64,000 nucleotides of DNA from Vitrella brassicaformis CCMP3155 (Eukaryota > Protista > Chromerida), in assembly GCA_001179505.1 (NCBI GenBank), contig CDMY01000221.1, positions 98,636-162,635 of the forward strand. The letters are read 5' to 3'. The notes beneath the pieces are model-generated. The model was not told where the DNA came from. It searched no databases and saw only the letters and a list, made by a program, of their open reading frames with translations. Positions 27,498-40,101 of the stretch are shown here, piece after piece. A program made the translations under genes and the position numbers. Numbering within the stretch: position 1 is the stretch's first letter; each line of letters opens with the position of its first letter.

Positions 27498-30400
27498 ATG
27501 GACGAGGATAACGACGTTGACAAGGAGTCGTGCCGTCACGACGTTGTGGTGTTTGGCATGTGTGCCGCCTGCGGGAGCCGTATGGCGCCCCTCTCGCCAA
27601 AGAAATCGGCCACATCAGCCAAGGAGATGGCCACACACAGCCAGGCCATGGCTGCCGAGCCGTCCGGCGCCTCCTCTGCTACGGGCGATGGGAAGGCTCA
27701 CGTGGCTGCGGGGTTTGTGTCGTCCAAGAAGGCGCTCAAGGTCTCCAACCATGTGCGTGTGTAGGCGGGACAGAGGCCTGCAGGGAGCACACGCACCAAG
27801 CAAGAGCGAGAAAGACTGTGAGGAAGGAGGTCATACCAAGCGTTGATCGCTTGTGTGTGTCTGTCGTGGTTGTGTTCCGTCTGTTTGTCAGGTGGCATTG
27901 CGTCTTGAGCGAGAGCGCCTGTTCGAGCTGCTGACAGAGAAGCGCCTCTGCATGGTCAGCCAGGCAGCCACTCAGTCACTGTGACTCGGTTTGATGGCCT
28001 GTTCGTTCGTTGATGTGTGCAGGTGTTGGATCTGGACAACACGCTGGTGCACTGTGTGGGGTGCAGCATCCCCACACCCGTCCTCACCTTCCCATCTAAG
28101 ACGGCAAGGGACCGGCACCTACACAAGCTCAGACAACAGATGGCCTCAACCGCCACCCAGCCGACGGCCAGTGGGTCGGCGGAGGGGAGGGTGAGAGTGG
28201 GGAGTGTGGATGAGCGGCTTGAGGCCGTCATGGAGTCGGCCATACACATGATACGCACCGATGCCCCGCCGGGTACGTTACGTACGCAGGGGAGGAAGCG
28301 CCGCGCCGTGTACGGGACGGGCTCATTTCCCTCATGGCTTTTCTCTTTCTGTGCGTCTCTCTGGTGTGTGCTGTGCAGGATATCCCGACTCCGCGGGCAT
28401 TCCGTTGTATCTGAAGCTGCGTCCCGGTCTGCATCGGTTCCTGCAGGAGGCGTCCCTCCTGTTCGAGCTGTACCTCTTCACGCAGGGCACGGCAGACTAC
28501 GCCGCTAAGGCAAGCCAACAGCAAGCCGCCAAACGAACCACACCACACCACACCACACCACAGTGTGTTCCATCACGCGGACACATGCTGGCTGCAGGCG
28601 CTGGACATATTCGACCCGGATCGGCGTCTGTTTGGCCAGCGAGTCTTCACCAGGTGATTGATTGATGGACCTACACCGACCCATGCGTCGGTCTGATCTG
28701 ACCGACCCACATTGACTGACTGACAATGGGTTACCCTACCCGTATGTATGTGTATGTGTGGGTGTCAGGGACCACACGAGTGCATTGGGTGGCAAGTCGA
28801 TCGACCGCATCTTCCCTTACACCAAGAAGACGGTGGTGGTCGTCGACGACAGGGAGGACGTCTGGCCAAAGCGCACTCCCATCATACGGGTGGGTTGGGT
28901 GGGTGGGTGTGGTGTGGTGTGGTGTGTTGTGGTGTGGTGTCCTGTCTGCATCTCCCTCTCTCTTATTGGTCAGGTGTTTCCGTATCTCGTGCTCATGCCG
29001 CTCATCAATGGAAGTAAGTACGTATGCATAAGTGACAGACACCTATCGATAGATCGACACACAGACAGACATGATCACCTGGGTGACACATACATATATT
29101 CTCCACCCCATCCGTCAGACCGTACGTCGCTACCCGTGATCGCTCCCCCCTCACCGTCCCTCGCACCGCCCCCCACCCCTACCGATGAGGCACCATCAGC
29201 CAAGCGCTCCCGTGGCCGCGACGACACCAATGGCGTCTCACAGCCAACAACACCACCACCACAACCAGCAGTTGCTGCCGTTCCCTCGACCCCGCCCCCA
29301 GGCGTCCCTCTCACCAATGGCGTGGTGGATGCGGCCAATGATCATCCACCCCCGGCCAAGAAAGCGCGACGTGAGGAGGAGGGGGGAGGTGGGGGTAGCG
29401 AGGCTGGCCCGGCTGCCGCTTCGGCTGGTGCCGCTGCTAGTGGTGGTGGTGATGATGTGTATGATGAGAGGGACGTATGGCAGGGGCCTTCGCTTGAGGA
29501 TGTGGACCACCAGCTGCCGGCGCTAATGCACATTCTCCGCACCGTCCACGACATCTTCTTCAGGCTGGTCAGCTCAGCCAGACGGCTGTGTGAGTGTCTG
29601 TCTATGTGGGCGTTGATGTGCGTCTGGCGTGGCGTGTCAGATCGAGCGTGGCGGAGGTTTTGCGTCTCTGCACGGCGAGTCGGCGGAGACCCTCGACATC
29701 GGTGCCATCCCAGACCTGGAGGAGATAGTCAAAGAGCAAAAGGCACTCACACTCAACGGTCCGTGGGCAACGGAGGGAACTTGATGGATGGATGGATGGA
29801 CGGATGGGTTCATGCATAATTAATGTTGGGCTGTGTCTCATTGATTCGTTGTGTTGTTCAGGTGTGGTGATGACGACCACGGGCATGACCAACGCCTCAC
29901 AGCCGGTTTTCCAGACCACTGTGCTCGGAAGGTGAGACCGCACGGAGGCCCAATTTGGGGTTGTGGATGGATGGAGCCTCTGCATGTAGAGACCTGTCTA
30001 TGCCTATGTATGTGTGTGTGGTGGTCAGGCTGGCCGACCAGGCGGGGGCACAAGTGGAGGTGGGCAACCAAGGGGAGCTAGCTGTGCATCCAGCATCTTA
30101 TCTTGTGCTATCTATGTGAAAACAAAACTTCAGGATCACCTGTCGCCACGCACCACACACCTGGTGGCCGCTCGGAGAAGTAAGACCCGCTCACACACAC
30201 ACACACACACACAGGGATAGAGAGAGAGAGAGGGGGAGGTACGAAGGGTCCTATCCACACACACCGCTCTCCTTGTCTGTGTGGTCAGACACGAGGAAGT
30301 ACTACGATTCTCAGCGGGAGAAATCGCACCACATCGTGAGTCTAGTCTCCATCCATCCAATCCATCCATCCCATTCGCACACGCCGTTTGTGTGAGAACC

Positions 30401-31150
30401 AACATCTCTTGTGTCTTTTTGTGCTGTCGGCTCACCCACTCACACAATCAGGTGCACGATTGGTGGCTCCAGCGGTGCCTCTACACATGGACGTACGCCA
30501 ACAAACACACACACACACACACGCTCAGTACGGCATGCGCCCATTGCCGTGTTTCTGTCAGGCGTGTGTGCGAGCGGGCCTTCCCAGCCGACATCGGCCA
30601 GAAGTGCTTCAGCCAGCGCTACCCAGAACTGGCAAAGGCAGAGAAACAACAACAGCAGCAGCAGCATAGCAGCGCCCCCACCATCACCGTCACCATGCCC
30701 CCCACTGCCAGCAAGAAGCCAAGCGCCCCCGAGCCACCACAACCCCAGCCAGGAGTGAAGAAGGAGAAGGCAAAGGAGCCGAGCAAGACCCCCGGTCCGT
30801 CCAAGGGCACGGTCAAGGGTCGCAGCGACTTTGTGGTGCCGTCTGAGCTGACCCCCTACCTCAACGCATGGACTGTCGACCTGCCGGCGATGCCCTTGCC
30901 GTCCCTCGACATCGACGCGGCGTTCCCCAGGGCTGCGGGCGGGGAAGGGGAGCAGCAGCCCCAGGGGGGAGAGGGAGAGGGCGACATGCAGGACGAGAAT
31001 GGCGAAAATGGAGACGATCTGGTAGGAGTGGGGAGAGGGGACGTACATTCGATGTCCGTACAGGGTGTGTGTGTGTGTGTGTGTGTGGCGTTGCTTGCGT
31101 CCACCCTCTGTCAGGTGGACATGTTGGAGGCCGAGCTATTCGAGGGATAG
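27498..31150 (+). CDS. FCP1: RNA polymerase II CTD phosphatase (FCP1/CTDP1-like; FCPH plus BRCT)
   Basis: N-terminal CRHDVVVFGMCAACG. Catalytic VLDLDNTLVH, KLRPGLHRFL, FELYLFTQGTADYA, VVVVDDREDVW. BRCT-like SPRTTHLVAAR...VHDWWLQRCLYTW. Confidence 0.9.
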
Positions 31151-31920
31151 ATCGATTGGTTGATAGGGAGGTCGCAGGCTAGTCTGAATTCGAAGACCGG
31201 GCGCGGCGCGGTGGTGTTGATGCGGCCGGCTGTAGGGATGGATGGATGGATCCACTCTCTGTAGACGGAAGGTCAGTCAGTCAGTCAGTCAATCACACAC
31301 GAGACAGATCAGATCCACAGATCAGAGAAGCTGAGGACGGGACGATGGGGGCTGGGCTGACAGAAAGGCAGAAGGACAGGCACACGTGCTCTCCATGCGC
31401 CTTTGTATGTATGGGCCTGCCTGGCCTGCACCGTTTTTGTGTGACTTGAATGAGAATGACTTAGTCACTGAGTGCGTGTCGATGGCTTGTGGGTGCGGTT
31501 CGGGGCGGTGGACGCACCGACCGACCTGTGTGTTGATTGACTGACTCATGTCATGGGGGCCTTTTGGTATGTAGGTCGTACACACAACACAACATGCGAT
31601 GCGATGGATGCGTTATCTTTGCATGTCCGTGTATGTGTTGTGTTGTGCTTGGTGCTGTTCGTCGCGCGCACGATGGACAGCGAGTCTTGTATACAGACAG
31701 CCCTGACGATTCGCCGTTGGAACAACGATTGATTCATGGTGGTGTCACAACAAAGGAAAGGACCATTGTCTGTCAGGGCATGGCCATGCAGTGAGGTGCC
31801 GCATGCATCGCGGACCCTGGATGCACACACGATCCGAAAAAGTACCACAGCCTCACTGCCTGCCTCGATTGGTGCAAACACAGCACCATAGCCTAGGTAG
31901 GCATCACGCAGGCATAGCGA

Positions 31921-34680
31921 TCACCTTCTCCCAGCTGCACTGCTGCCGCTGGCAGCCGACTTGGCTCCCCCGCCTCCCCCCCGAGCAGCGGGTCTGTCAA
32001 GCGAGCCGGCGCCCTTCATGCCGGCCATCCGGTGCATGTCCTTGGCGCTCTGCTTGTCCTTCTGAGCCCACGCCGCCGTCCAGTCCGTCGTGTCGACGTC
32101 CGTGAGGTGCGTGTGCTTGGTGCGACCCGTGTGGCCCCATTGACCTAATGTGAAGTGCAGTGCACACACATCACGTCCGCACAATTACATGATAGAGCAC
32201 ATGGATGGATGGATGGATGGATGAGTGTGTGTGTGACGCCTGTCAGGACCTCTTCTCAGCTGCATGGGCTTGGGCAGCAGGTTCTTGTCGACAGTGTCGT
32301 CACTGCACACAGACGGACGGACGGACACAGACAGAACAAACAAACGGGGGTACACAACACACAGGGGCTTCCTTCTTTGTCTGTCTGTTGTGCTGTGTGT
32401 GTATGTTGTGCAGGCAGGTTGGCTTACGCGGTGGGCGCCTGGAAGTCCCTGAGGTAGAGCTCCTCTTCACCCTTCTGTGCCTTGTCCATGAAGAACGCAC
32501 CCTATCAGACAGACACACAGACAGACAAGCCGGCATAGACAGAGAGGGAGGGAGGGTACGTGGCGTATGTGTGTGTGGTTGGTTGGTTGGTTACCCTACC
32601 TACCTTGTGGTAGTATTTCTGCATGAATGTGAATTTGTGTTTCTTCTCCTGTCGGGGTGCGAGTGCGTCGAGTCGCTTGTCGTCCTCCAGCCGCTCCTCC
32701 TCAGTCATGTTGCGCCGACGCTCCACCTCGGCCAACTGCACACGCATACAATACACCCAACACACACATGTAGTTATTGTGGCGTGTGTTGTGTTGTCGG
32801 TGACGTCACTCACGCACCTCTTTGGCCCTCTCTTCGCGCTCCTCCTTGTCCCGTTTGATGCGTCGCAGCTCTCGTATCCGCCACATCTCATACTGACACA
32901 CAGAAAACAAACAGGCATGCACCGCACCCACACACCCGATAAGCACACACGGCGGTTGCCTGCGTATGTGTGTATAATGTGTATTAGCCACCTCACCTCC
33001 TCCTGTTCGTTGTCCTCATCGTTGTCGTCGGGCATCTCCTGCAGGCAGGAAAACCAGACAGACCAAACCACAGCAGCGAGCGCACGTGCATTGGCATACA
33101 CCTGGGATTTGTTTGGCTGGCTGCGCGTCTGTGGCGTCCGTCGTGTTGGTTGGTAGGCAGGTACCTACCTGGTCCGAGAGTTCGTGTTCAGCCTTGGCTG
33201 ATGCGGCCATCTCCTCCTCACGACGAATCTGCAGCCACACAGGCAGGCAGGCAGCCATGAACCTTGAGGTGGTGGTGGATAGATAGATCGTGAGATGCGT
33301 CCCGTGTCAATGTGTGTGGAGTGCTGGACGGACGCACTGACGTACCGTTTCGACGAGCATGTGCTTGCTCTCCCTCTGCCTGTCCACAAGCTGCACACAC
33401 CCACACACACCAAGCACCACGCACCAAAAGCCGGCCGGTGAGCAATCAATGCAGCAATGAAGGGTTCTTCTCCCTCCGTCATTTGCTGGCTCCCTACCTT
33501 TTGTCTGTGCTCCTCCTCTCGCGCGATCTCCTCAGCCTGCATCAACACACCAAACACAAGAACCGCCACAGACAGACAGGCAGTCACATGACGCCAAACG
33601 CGCCAATGCCGGCGTAGGTACCTCAAGCAATTCTCTTTCTCTGACGGTTTCCCTTTTCTTCTTTGGGACGAAGACGGGTTTGTGTCTGGCGTTTAGCTGG
33701 CGCTCTGCCTCTGAGTCAGTCTCGTACTCGCTCTCCTCATCCTCCTCGTCATCGTCCTCAGCCTCCGCCGCCATCGCCTCCTCCTCCTCCTTGCGACGCT
33801 GACGGACGGACGGACGGATGCCATCCCACACAGACAGACAGACAGACAGGCATGGCGGTGGATGACATTTCTGCACAGGTACCTGCAGAGCGGCCTGTCT
33901 GATCCGCTCGCGCCGCATCTCTATCTCCTTGTCCTCGTCAATGGCCTCCCTGTCCTCATCCGCCTTACCCTCAGCCCCCGAACTGATGACGACCGCCTCG
34001 GCCTGCCTCTCACGCCTGCTGCTGGCGGCGGGGGCCTTGTCGAGGCTGATGGGCTCGTCGGCGGTGCTGAGCACGGCCGCCTCGCGGATCTGACGGTGAC
34101 GGGCGAGGCGGTCTTGGGCGCCCGACCCGCCCTCCTCACGCTCAGCTGCACCACACAGACACAGAGAGCCGAGGTATCAGTATCAGAAAACGAGACATCG
34201 ACAAATGGGTGTGTTGTGGTGCATGAAGGAGCAGGTGTGACCTTGTTTGGCGGCGAGGAGCCGCTGCAGTCTCCTGTCGGATGTGTCGGCGGGCTGGGGA
34301 GCAGCGGAGGGGACGTCGTCCTCATCCTCGTCGCCCTCGTCTTCGCCGCGACCCTCCGCCCACTTGGGCGCCTGACTCACATACACACACACACCGCACC
34401 ATGCACCAGAGGCTCCCTCCTTGCGTGTATGTGTGTGGGTCTCTCTGCCTATCCATGTGCAGGCGAGGCACCTTGCCGGGGAAGTATCTGGCGACTCCTT
34501 TGGATGGATCATACTTTGGCTTGGCTGCTGACAGCGGGTCAGCGCCGCGGAACAGAATGCTGTGGGGATCTGCCGCACCTGTCAGATGACACAGACAATC
34601 AACACAGACAGACAACCATGTGCGCACAAAGTGAATCAACGACACACAGCGTGAGCGTGTTCCTCCTCGACATACTCATC
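31921..34680 (-). CDS. MFAP1: Microfibrillar-associated protein 1 / spliceosomal B-complex protein (Spp381 homologue)
   Basis: VARYFPGKVPKWAE, acidic ESEYETDSE, KPVFVPKKKRETVRERE, KFTFMQKYYHKGAFF, LYLRDFQAPTA, GRTKHTHLTDVDTT. Confidence 0.92.
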
Positions 34681-34741
34681 GTGGATGCGTCGGTTTCCTC
34701 TTCCCTTTCCTTCTCCTCCCTCCCACGAGCTTCGCAATTTA

Positions 34742-34748
34742 AGCTCGC
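34742..34748 (-). promoter_or_regulatory. GCGAGCT motif in divergent spacer
   Basis: aatttaAGCTCGCa between 34680 and 34877. Confidence 0.55.
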
Positions 34749-34876
34749 AGGGCGCGCGAGGACTCCGAGCGCAAAGAGGGCGACAGCCGAAGTGCCTGTA
34801 GAGTGAGCGTGTAGAAGCACTCGCGTGAGAGGCGGCGAGATCCATAGATACGACCGACGGCGGGACCCTCAGCGGC

Positions 34877-37800
34877 ATGGCCGCCTCGTCCGCGGCAAAT
34901 GCAGCTGCCGCAGCCGCCACACCACATGGCATGCGGCCTGCCAAGCGCGAGGAGGCCTTGCGGACAGCCGCCTACGCCAAGCAGCAGGTGCTGAGCAGCG
35001 ATGCTCAGGCCCTCAAGACCCGCCTACAGGAGCGGTACGGCAAAGACAAAGATTCGCCCTTCCTTTACTCTCCGACGCTTGGCAAGGGAGCGGGTGGCGA
35101 GATCGACCCGCTGCGGCAGGCGGGGCTGTGGAAGAGTGTGCGGCATACGCTGTCCCAAGGGTCAGCAGCATATATCTAGACAGCCAGGACAGGCGTTATC
35201 GAGGTGGTTTGACTGTGGTGTTGTGTGTGTGTGTTGCAATGCATGCATTTGCTGTCAGGTGTGGTGCATGCTGGTGTGGAGGCGGTCGAGGTGTGTGATC
35301 ACTTCCACCCGGTGCGCCTGGCCACACCGGCAGACGACAAGTGCTTCAGCCTCCGGTTTAGGGGAGAGAAGCCAATACCAAATACACACCAGGTGAGGTG
35401 CGTGCAGGGCGGTCTGTGTGCGGCACATGGATGGATGGATGGATGGATGTGTGTGTGCAGGTGCATGTAGTGTTGGGTGAGTACGTGGGTCTGGTGCAGC
35501 GGTCTGCCGACCCTGAGGGCGAGTCGGCCGCACCCTGCAGCCACGTCTTCCAGCTGCGCTTCGACCCAAAAGCCTTCACACGCGACGACGACAACCACGC
35601 CGACACAGACAGCACACACAACATGACAAACGGTACACACAACACAACACACACACCAGCCCGCCTGCCTCTCTGTACCTGTGAGTGGATGGCTGTGTCG
35701 GGCCATGTATGACCCATTGCTTGGCCAGGCTGTGGTGCTGTGGCAGCTGAGGAGCTGCCTGGGGACTGTGACTACGTGATAGACGCGACAATGCACCAGA
35801 ATGAGATGACATGCGTCAACCACTATGCGGCGGTGGACGCAGTGGCGGGCCGAAACCTCAAAATCAACGCTCACTGGCACATGGTACGTATTCACTACTT
35901 GTGGGGTGGGTGGGTGGGTGGGGTGGGATGAGGAGTGAGTGCTGCCCAGATCGATGAGATGGATGCATGTGCTGTGCTGAGTGGTTGCGTGCAGGTGTAC
36001 GAGGACGGGTGGCCGCATGTGATTCTCACGAGCATTCCCGGCATCGGCATCAAGGCGGGGGTGAGTCGCCACAGGCAGGCAGCAGCCCGACCTAGCACAT
36101 CGTCGTTGACCCATCTGTGTGGGTGTGTGGTCGTCAGGATGAGATTGTGGCAGACTTCGGGTATCCCTGGTTTCGAAACGTGCGTGAGACGGCCATGAGA
36201 ACACTCACGAGGGAGGTCATCCGCGCAAGGCTCGCCGCCAAAGGTAGGCAGCCACGGCACGATAGATATGGCATACATACACGAACGAACACGGGCACTT
36301 CATTCACCTGGTCTGTGCGTGCCGTGCAGGTGAGGAGATGCCTGCAGAGGGCAGCGAGCCGCAATATGGGTAAGTAAGCTGTACAGTCCATCCATCCATC
36401 CATCCATCCATGGTGTCGTACTCCCCGTCACTGATTCAGTTCCGTGGAGCCTTCCGAGCCCCTGTGCAGCATATGTCGCCAGGCCGACCCACCCGCACAA
36501 CAACACGACCCGTCAGCAGGAGCCGCAGCAGATGGGTGTGAGGCGATTGTGTGTGACGGGTGTGACACGGCCTACCATCTGCAGTGTGTGCGCATCAAGC
36601 AACACGATACGAAACGTGCGGACGCACAGACAGACAGACAGACAGACGGGAGAGATGGAGAAGAGCGTGTGTGTGTGTGTGTGTGTGGCGTCTTTGTGTG
36701 TCAGGGGTGCTTGAGTGGTTCTGCGCCAACTGTGAGGACCTGGCCAGGTACCTTGATCAATGGATGGATGGATGGATGGATGCTGTCAGTACTGCCCACG
36801 GTTGGTTCATCCCTACTCTGCCGTGTCGTGCGCTTCAGGCGTGTGTCAGCCAGTGTGCAGGGGCGTGAGCCACCCACCACCGACAGCCAACTAGCCAAGC
36901 GCCCCCTGCGGCTGCACAAGACCATCAAACAAGCACACAAAATCTCCAATGTGAGCCCACCAACACGCCCAACTCCCACACAACCATCACCTCCATCTCC
37001 CTGATTCCCACAGGCAGCGGCCAAGTGCCCCTCTGGCCCCTCACCACCCCGGCACCAGCAGCAGCAGCAGCAGCAGGAGGGCGGCGTCTCATGGTCTCCG
37101 GCCATTCATGAGTGCGAGGCCCTGAGCGAGCTGAAGGCATGCAAGGAGTGCTACGAGAAGGAAGCCAACGCGGGGCTCCCCGCCTTACACATCAGCTGCA
37201 GGTGCGCACGGACAACAGACAGACACAGGAAGGATGGAAAGAAAGGCACCCTACTAGAATTTGTGGATTGGCGTGTGGGTGCGTGTGTGTCAGGGTGCAC
37301 AAGAAGCATTTCGGTGCCGATTACGACGCCCCCGATGGGTTCCACCAGCCACTCGAGGCCGCACGAGACACCATCGCATGCCGTAAGCCAACCACACACA
37401 GCTACCCCGGCCAACGGACACTCACCAGCCCCTCCCTCCTTATGTGTGAATGCAGTGGAGCAGGCCTTGCGTGACGCCGAGCTTCGTGTCCTCGAAATCT
37501 GCAGCAAGCGTGATGCCCTCGCTGCGCAGCACAAGGCCGTGCAGCAGGAGCTCGCCGCGGCCAAGCGGGAGTGCTTGCGGCTCGACCAGGAGAACCGTGT
37601 GTGGGAGCGGAAGCACGCCGAGCTCGAACAGCGGCTCGGCAAGGGGGCTACGAGACGGAGGAAGCCTGACAGAGAAGGTAAGTGAGCGGATGGCCGGCCA
37701 TTTGCTCCTCTCTCACTCACTGCCTCCATGCCATGTGTGTATGTGTGTGTGTGTGTGTGTCGGTCAGGCGTGTCGTTGGTAGCCCCTGATGCCACCCACT

Positions 37801-39906
37801 GGGTCATCCGAGGGGCGGGTGTGTGGGTGCCGCTCACGGGCATCCGGCTGGAGAAGACAAAGATCTCTCGCCAGTTCACCGATGGCTGGTGGCAGGTACC
37901 CGCACATGACGCATTCATTACAGACACTTCCTTCAGACACACACGAAAAGGGCAGGGCACATACATGTGCTTCCTGCCTATGTGTTCCTTCCGAGGGTAC
38001 GGTGATGGACTACGAGTACGGTTCGTGGCGCATTCAGTATGACGATGGGGACGAAGAAGTGGTCAGCAGGTCAGTGACGCATGTGTTGACACAAACACCC
38101 CGTTACGTTACCCCCACACACGTCACGTCGATCGATGTGTCGTTTCTCTGCGAGCAGCGACGACCTGATGGACATCATCGTCGACGGCACAAGAGACCTA
38201 CACTCATGTACCGTACCCCCCACATGCACCCAGACCAACCCACCCACGCACATGGGCGGATGTCATTTCTGGCTGTGACTGCGTGTGTATTCCCCCCGAT
38301 GGATCGATCAGTGTTTAGCAGGATGGTCATCCCCCGTGGCGTGTGGTCCAACGCCCGCTGGACACATGCCCTCTCGCTCCTACGGAATGACCTCCGCCAG
38401 GGCCAGGGCGAGACAGGGCCCGCTGACGAGGGGTCCGCCGGCAGCGTCGCCCCACCACCCAGCAACAGCAACCGCAGCAACGGCAGCAATCCCGGTGGGC
38501 GGGCTGCCGGCCGCAACCGGCGCAAAAAGCCTGACAATGACGTTGCTGCAGGAGGCAAGGACGGCAAGCCCAAAGGACCAGCACAGCCGTCGGCAGCAAA
38601 GCCCTCCCGGCGCTCCCTCTCGCCCTCCGCCTCTCCATCTCCCCCTCCCGCCCCTGCTCCCGCCGTCAGCGAGATGATCAATGGCCACTCCTCACCTTCT
38701 GCGGCCCACGGAGGAGGCACAACGAGTCAAGTGGACATGACCGAGGCGGCCCTCAGTGCGCTCAAGCAGCTGGGCGGCGACGCCCTCGTCGAGGGCTCCC
38801 TCCACTGGCTGCCGATTACCCAGTGCTTCCAGGCCAAGGCCAAGACAGAGGCGTCCGGCGACGGTGTGCGGCACTTCGCCCCCAGCGGCGTGGCTGACGT
38901 CGAGAGCACATGCAGCCGCGCCCTGGCCTGGCTGCGGGGAGACAACGGGACCACTGCCACAGCGGCTCCCGCACCCGCCCCGACACAGAAGATGGCCCGC
39001 GACAAAGAGGCCGCGAGGATGCCGGGCATGCCAGCCGAGGTCAAATGGAGTCGGAAGCAGCAGGCTTATCGTGTGCCTTACATCGACAACGACACGCAGG
39101 CCCCAAGGCTGCGGGCCTTCACGCTGCAGCGATACGGCACGGTGCAGGAGGCATTCGCCAAGGCGGAAGCCTTCCATGCCAAACACATAGACCGCTATCG
39201 CGCATATGCCAGCCTAAGGGACAAGCCAGACGGCCAGGCTGTGGCGGCCAACGGGCAGCCGGCGGTCGACGGAGGCGAGAAGAACAAACAGGGCGGCGAC
39301 GCTGTCATGAGTGAGACCTTCGATGCGATCATGTCGGGAGGTGATGGGGCACTTGCCGCCCAAAACGGCAACAACAAACGCAAGCGATCCGGTGTGTGAG
39401 AATACACACACAGGCAAACACACAAACATCGACGCATCAGCGCTGCCTGTGTGTGTCCTTCCCTTCCCCTCCCCTCACAGAGCGGTTGTCTGCCTCGCCA
39501 TCGCGCCAGGCGCCCTTGAAGAAGGCAGCCGGGCGCCCCCCCTCCCCCTCGCCGTCCGATCCCCTTCCACAGTCCCGCAAAGATGGTCAAAACAATGGCC
39601 GCCGCTGACGGCAGCGACGAGCCGATGGAAGGAGGCTCAGCCAAGGGACGAGACAGCAAGAGTGATGACGGCCATGGTGCTGGTGGTGATGGTGGTGGGT
39701 GGAGGTGCCCGTCATGCACGTTTGTCAACCAGGAGCAGTCGCGTCTGTGTCAGTTGTGCAATGGGCTGCGCAAGAGGGGCGGGTGGATGTGCATGACCTG
39801 TGGGATGGCCAACGAGCCGGTGGTGGCCGTGTGCGAGCGGTGCGTCAGAGAGGCTGCGGATGCTGGATACCTACTACTGCAGGGAGGGAGGGAGGGAGTC
39901 GTGTAG
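34877..39906 (+). CDS. SET - PHD - coiled coil - Tudor-like - AP2-like - 2x RanBP2 zinc finger chromatin protein
   Basis: SET-like VLGEYVG, YVIDA...NEMTCVNH, GDEIVADFG. PHD LCSIC...IVCDGCDTAYHLQC...WFCANC. Tudor-like KISRQFTDGWWQGTVMDY..WRIQYDDGDEE. ApiAP2-like VKWSRKQQAYRVPY...RAFTLQRYGTVQEAFAKA. Zinc fingers WRCPSCTFVNQEQSRLCQLC and WMCMTCGMANEPVVAVCERC. The 3' end is approximate. Confidence 0.7.
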
Positions 39907-40053
39907 TCTGTATTTGTGGCCATTTTGTGTTGACTTAAAATGTGTGTAAGCACGTGTGTAAGTATATGATTCCATTGTCAAATCATCAAAAGAGAAAACT
40001 CCTTCGCATGCAGCCTTGGGGGGAAGGAGGGGGCGTCTCCCTTCTGCGTCCAG

Positions 40054-40063
40054 GCGAGCTCGC
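40054..40063. promoter_or_regulatory. Palindromic GCGAGCTCGC upstream of the PH-GYF gene
   Basis: Perfect 10-bp palindrome ending 38 bp before ATG 40102. Confidence 0.4.
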
Positions 40064-40101
40064 CAGCGAAAGGGGAGTTCGTCGTGGAGGAAGATACACA
40101 C

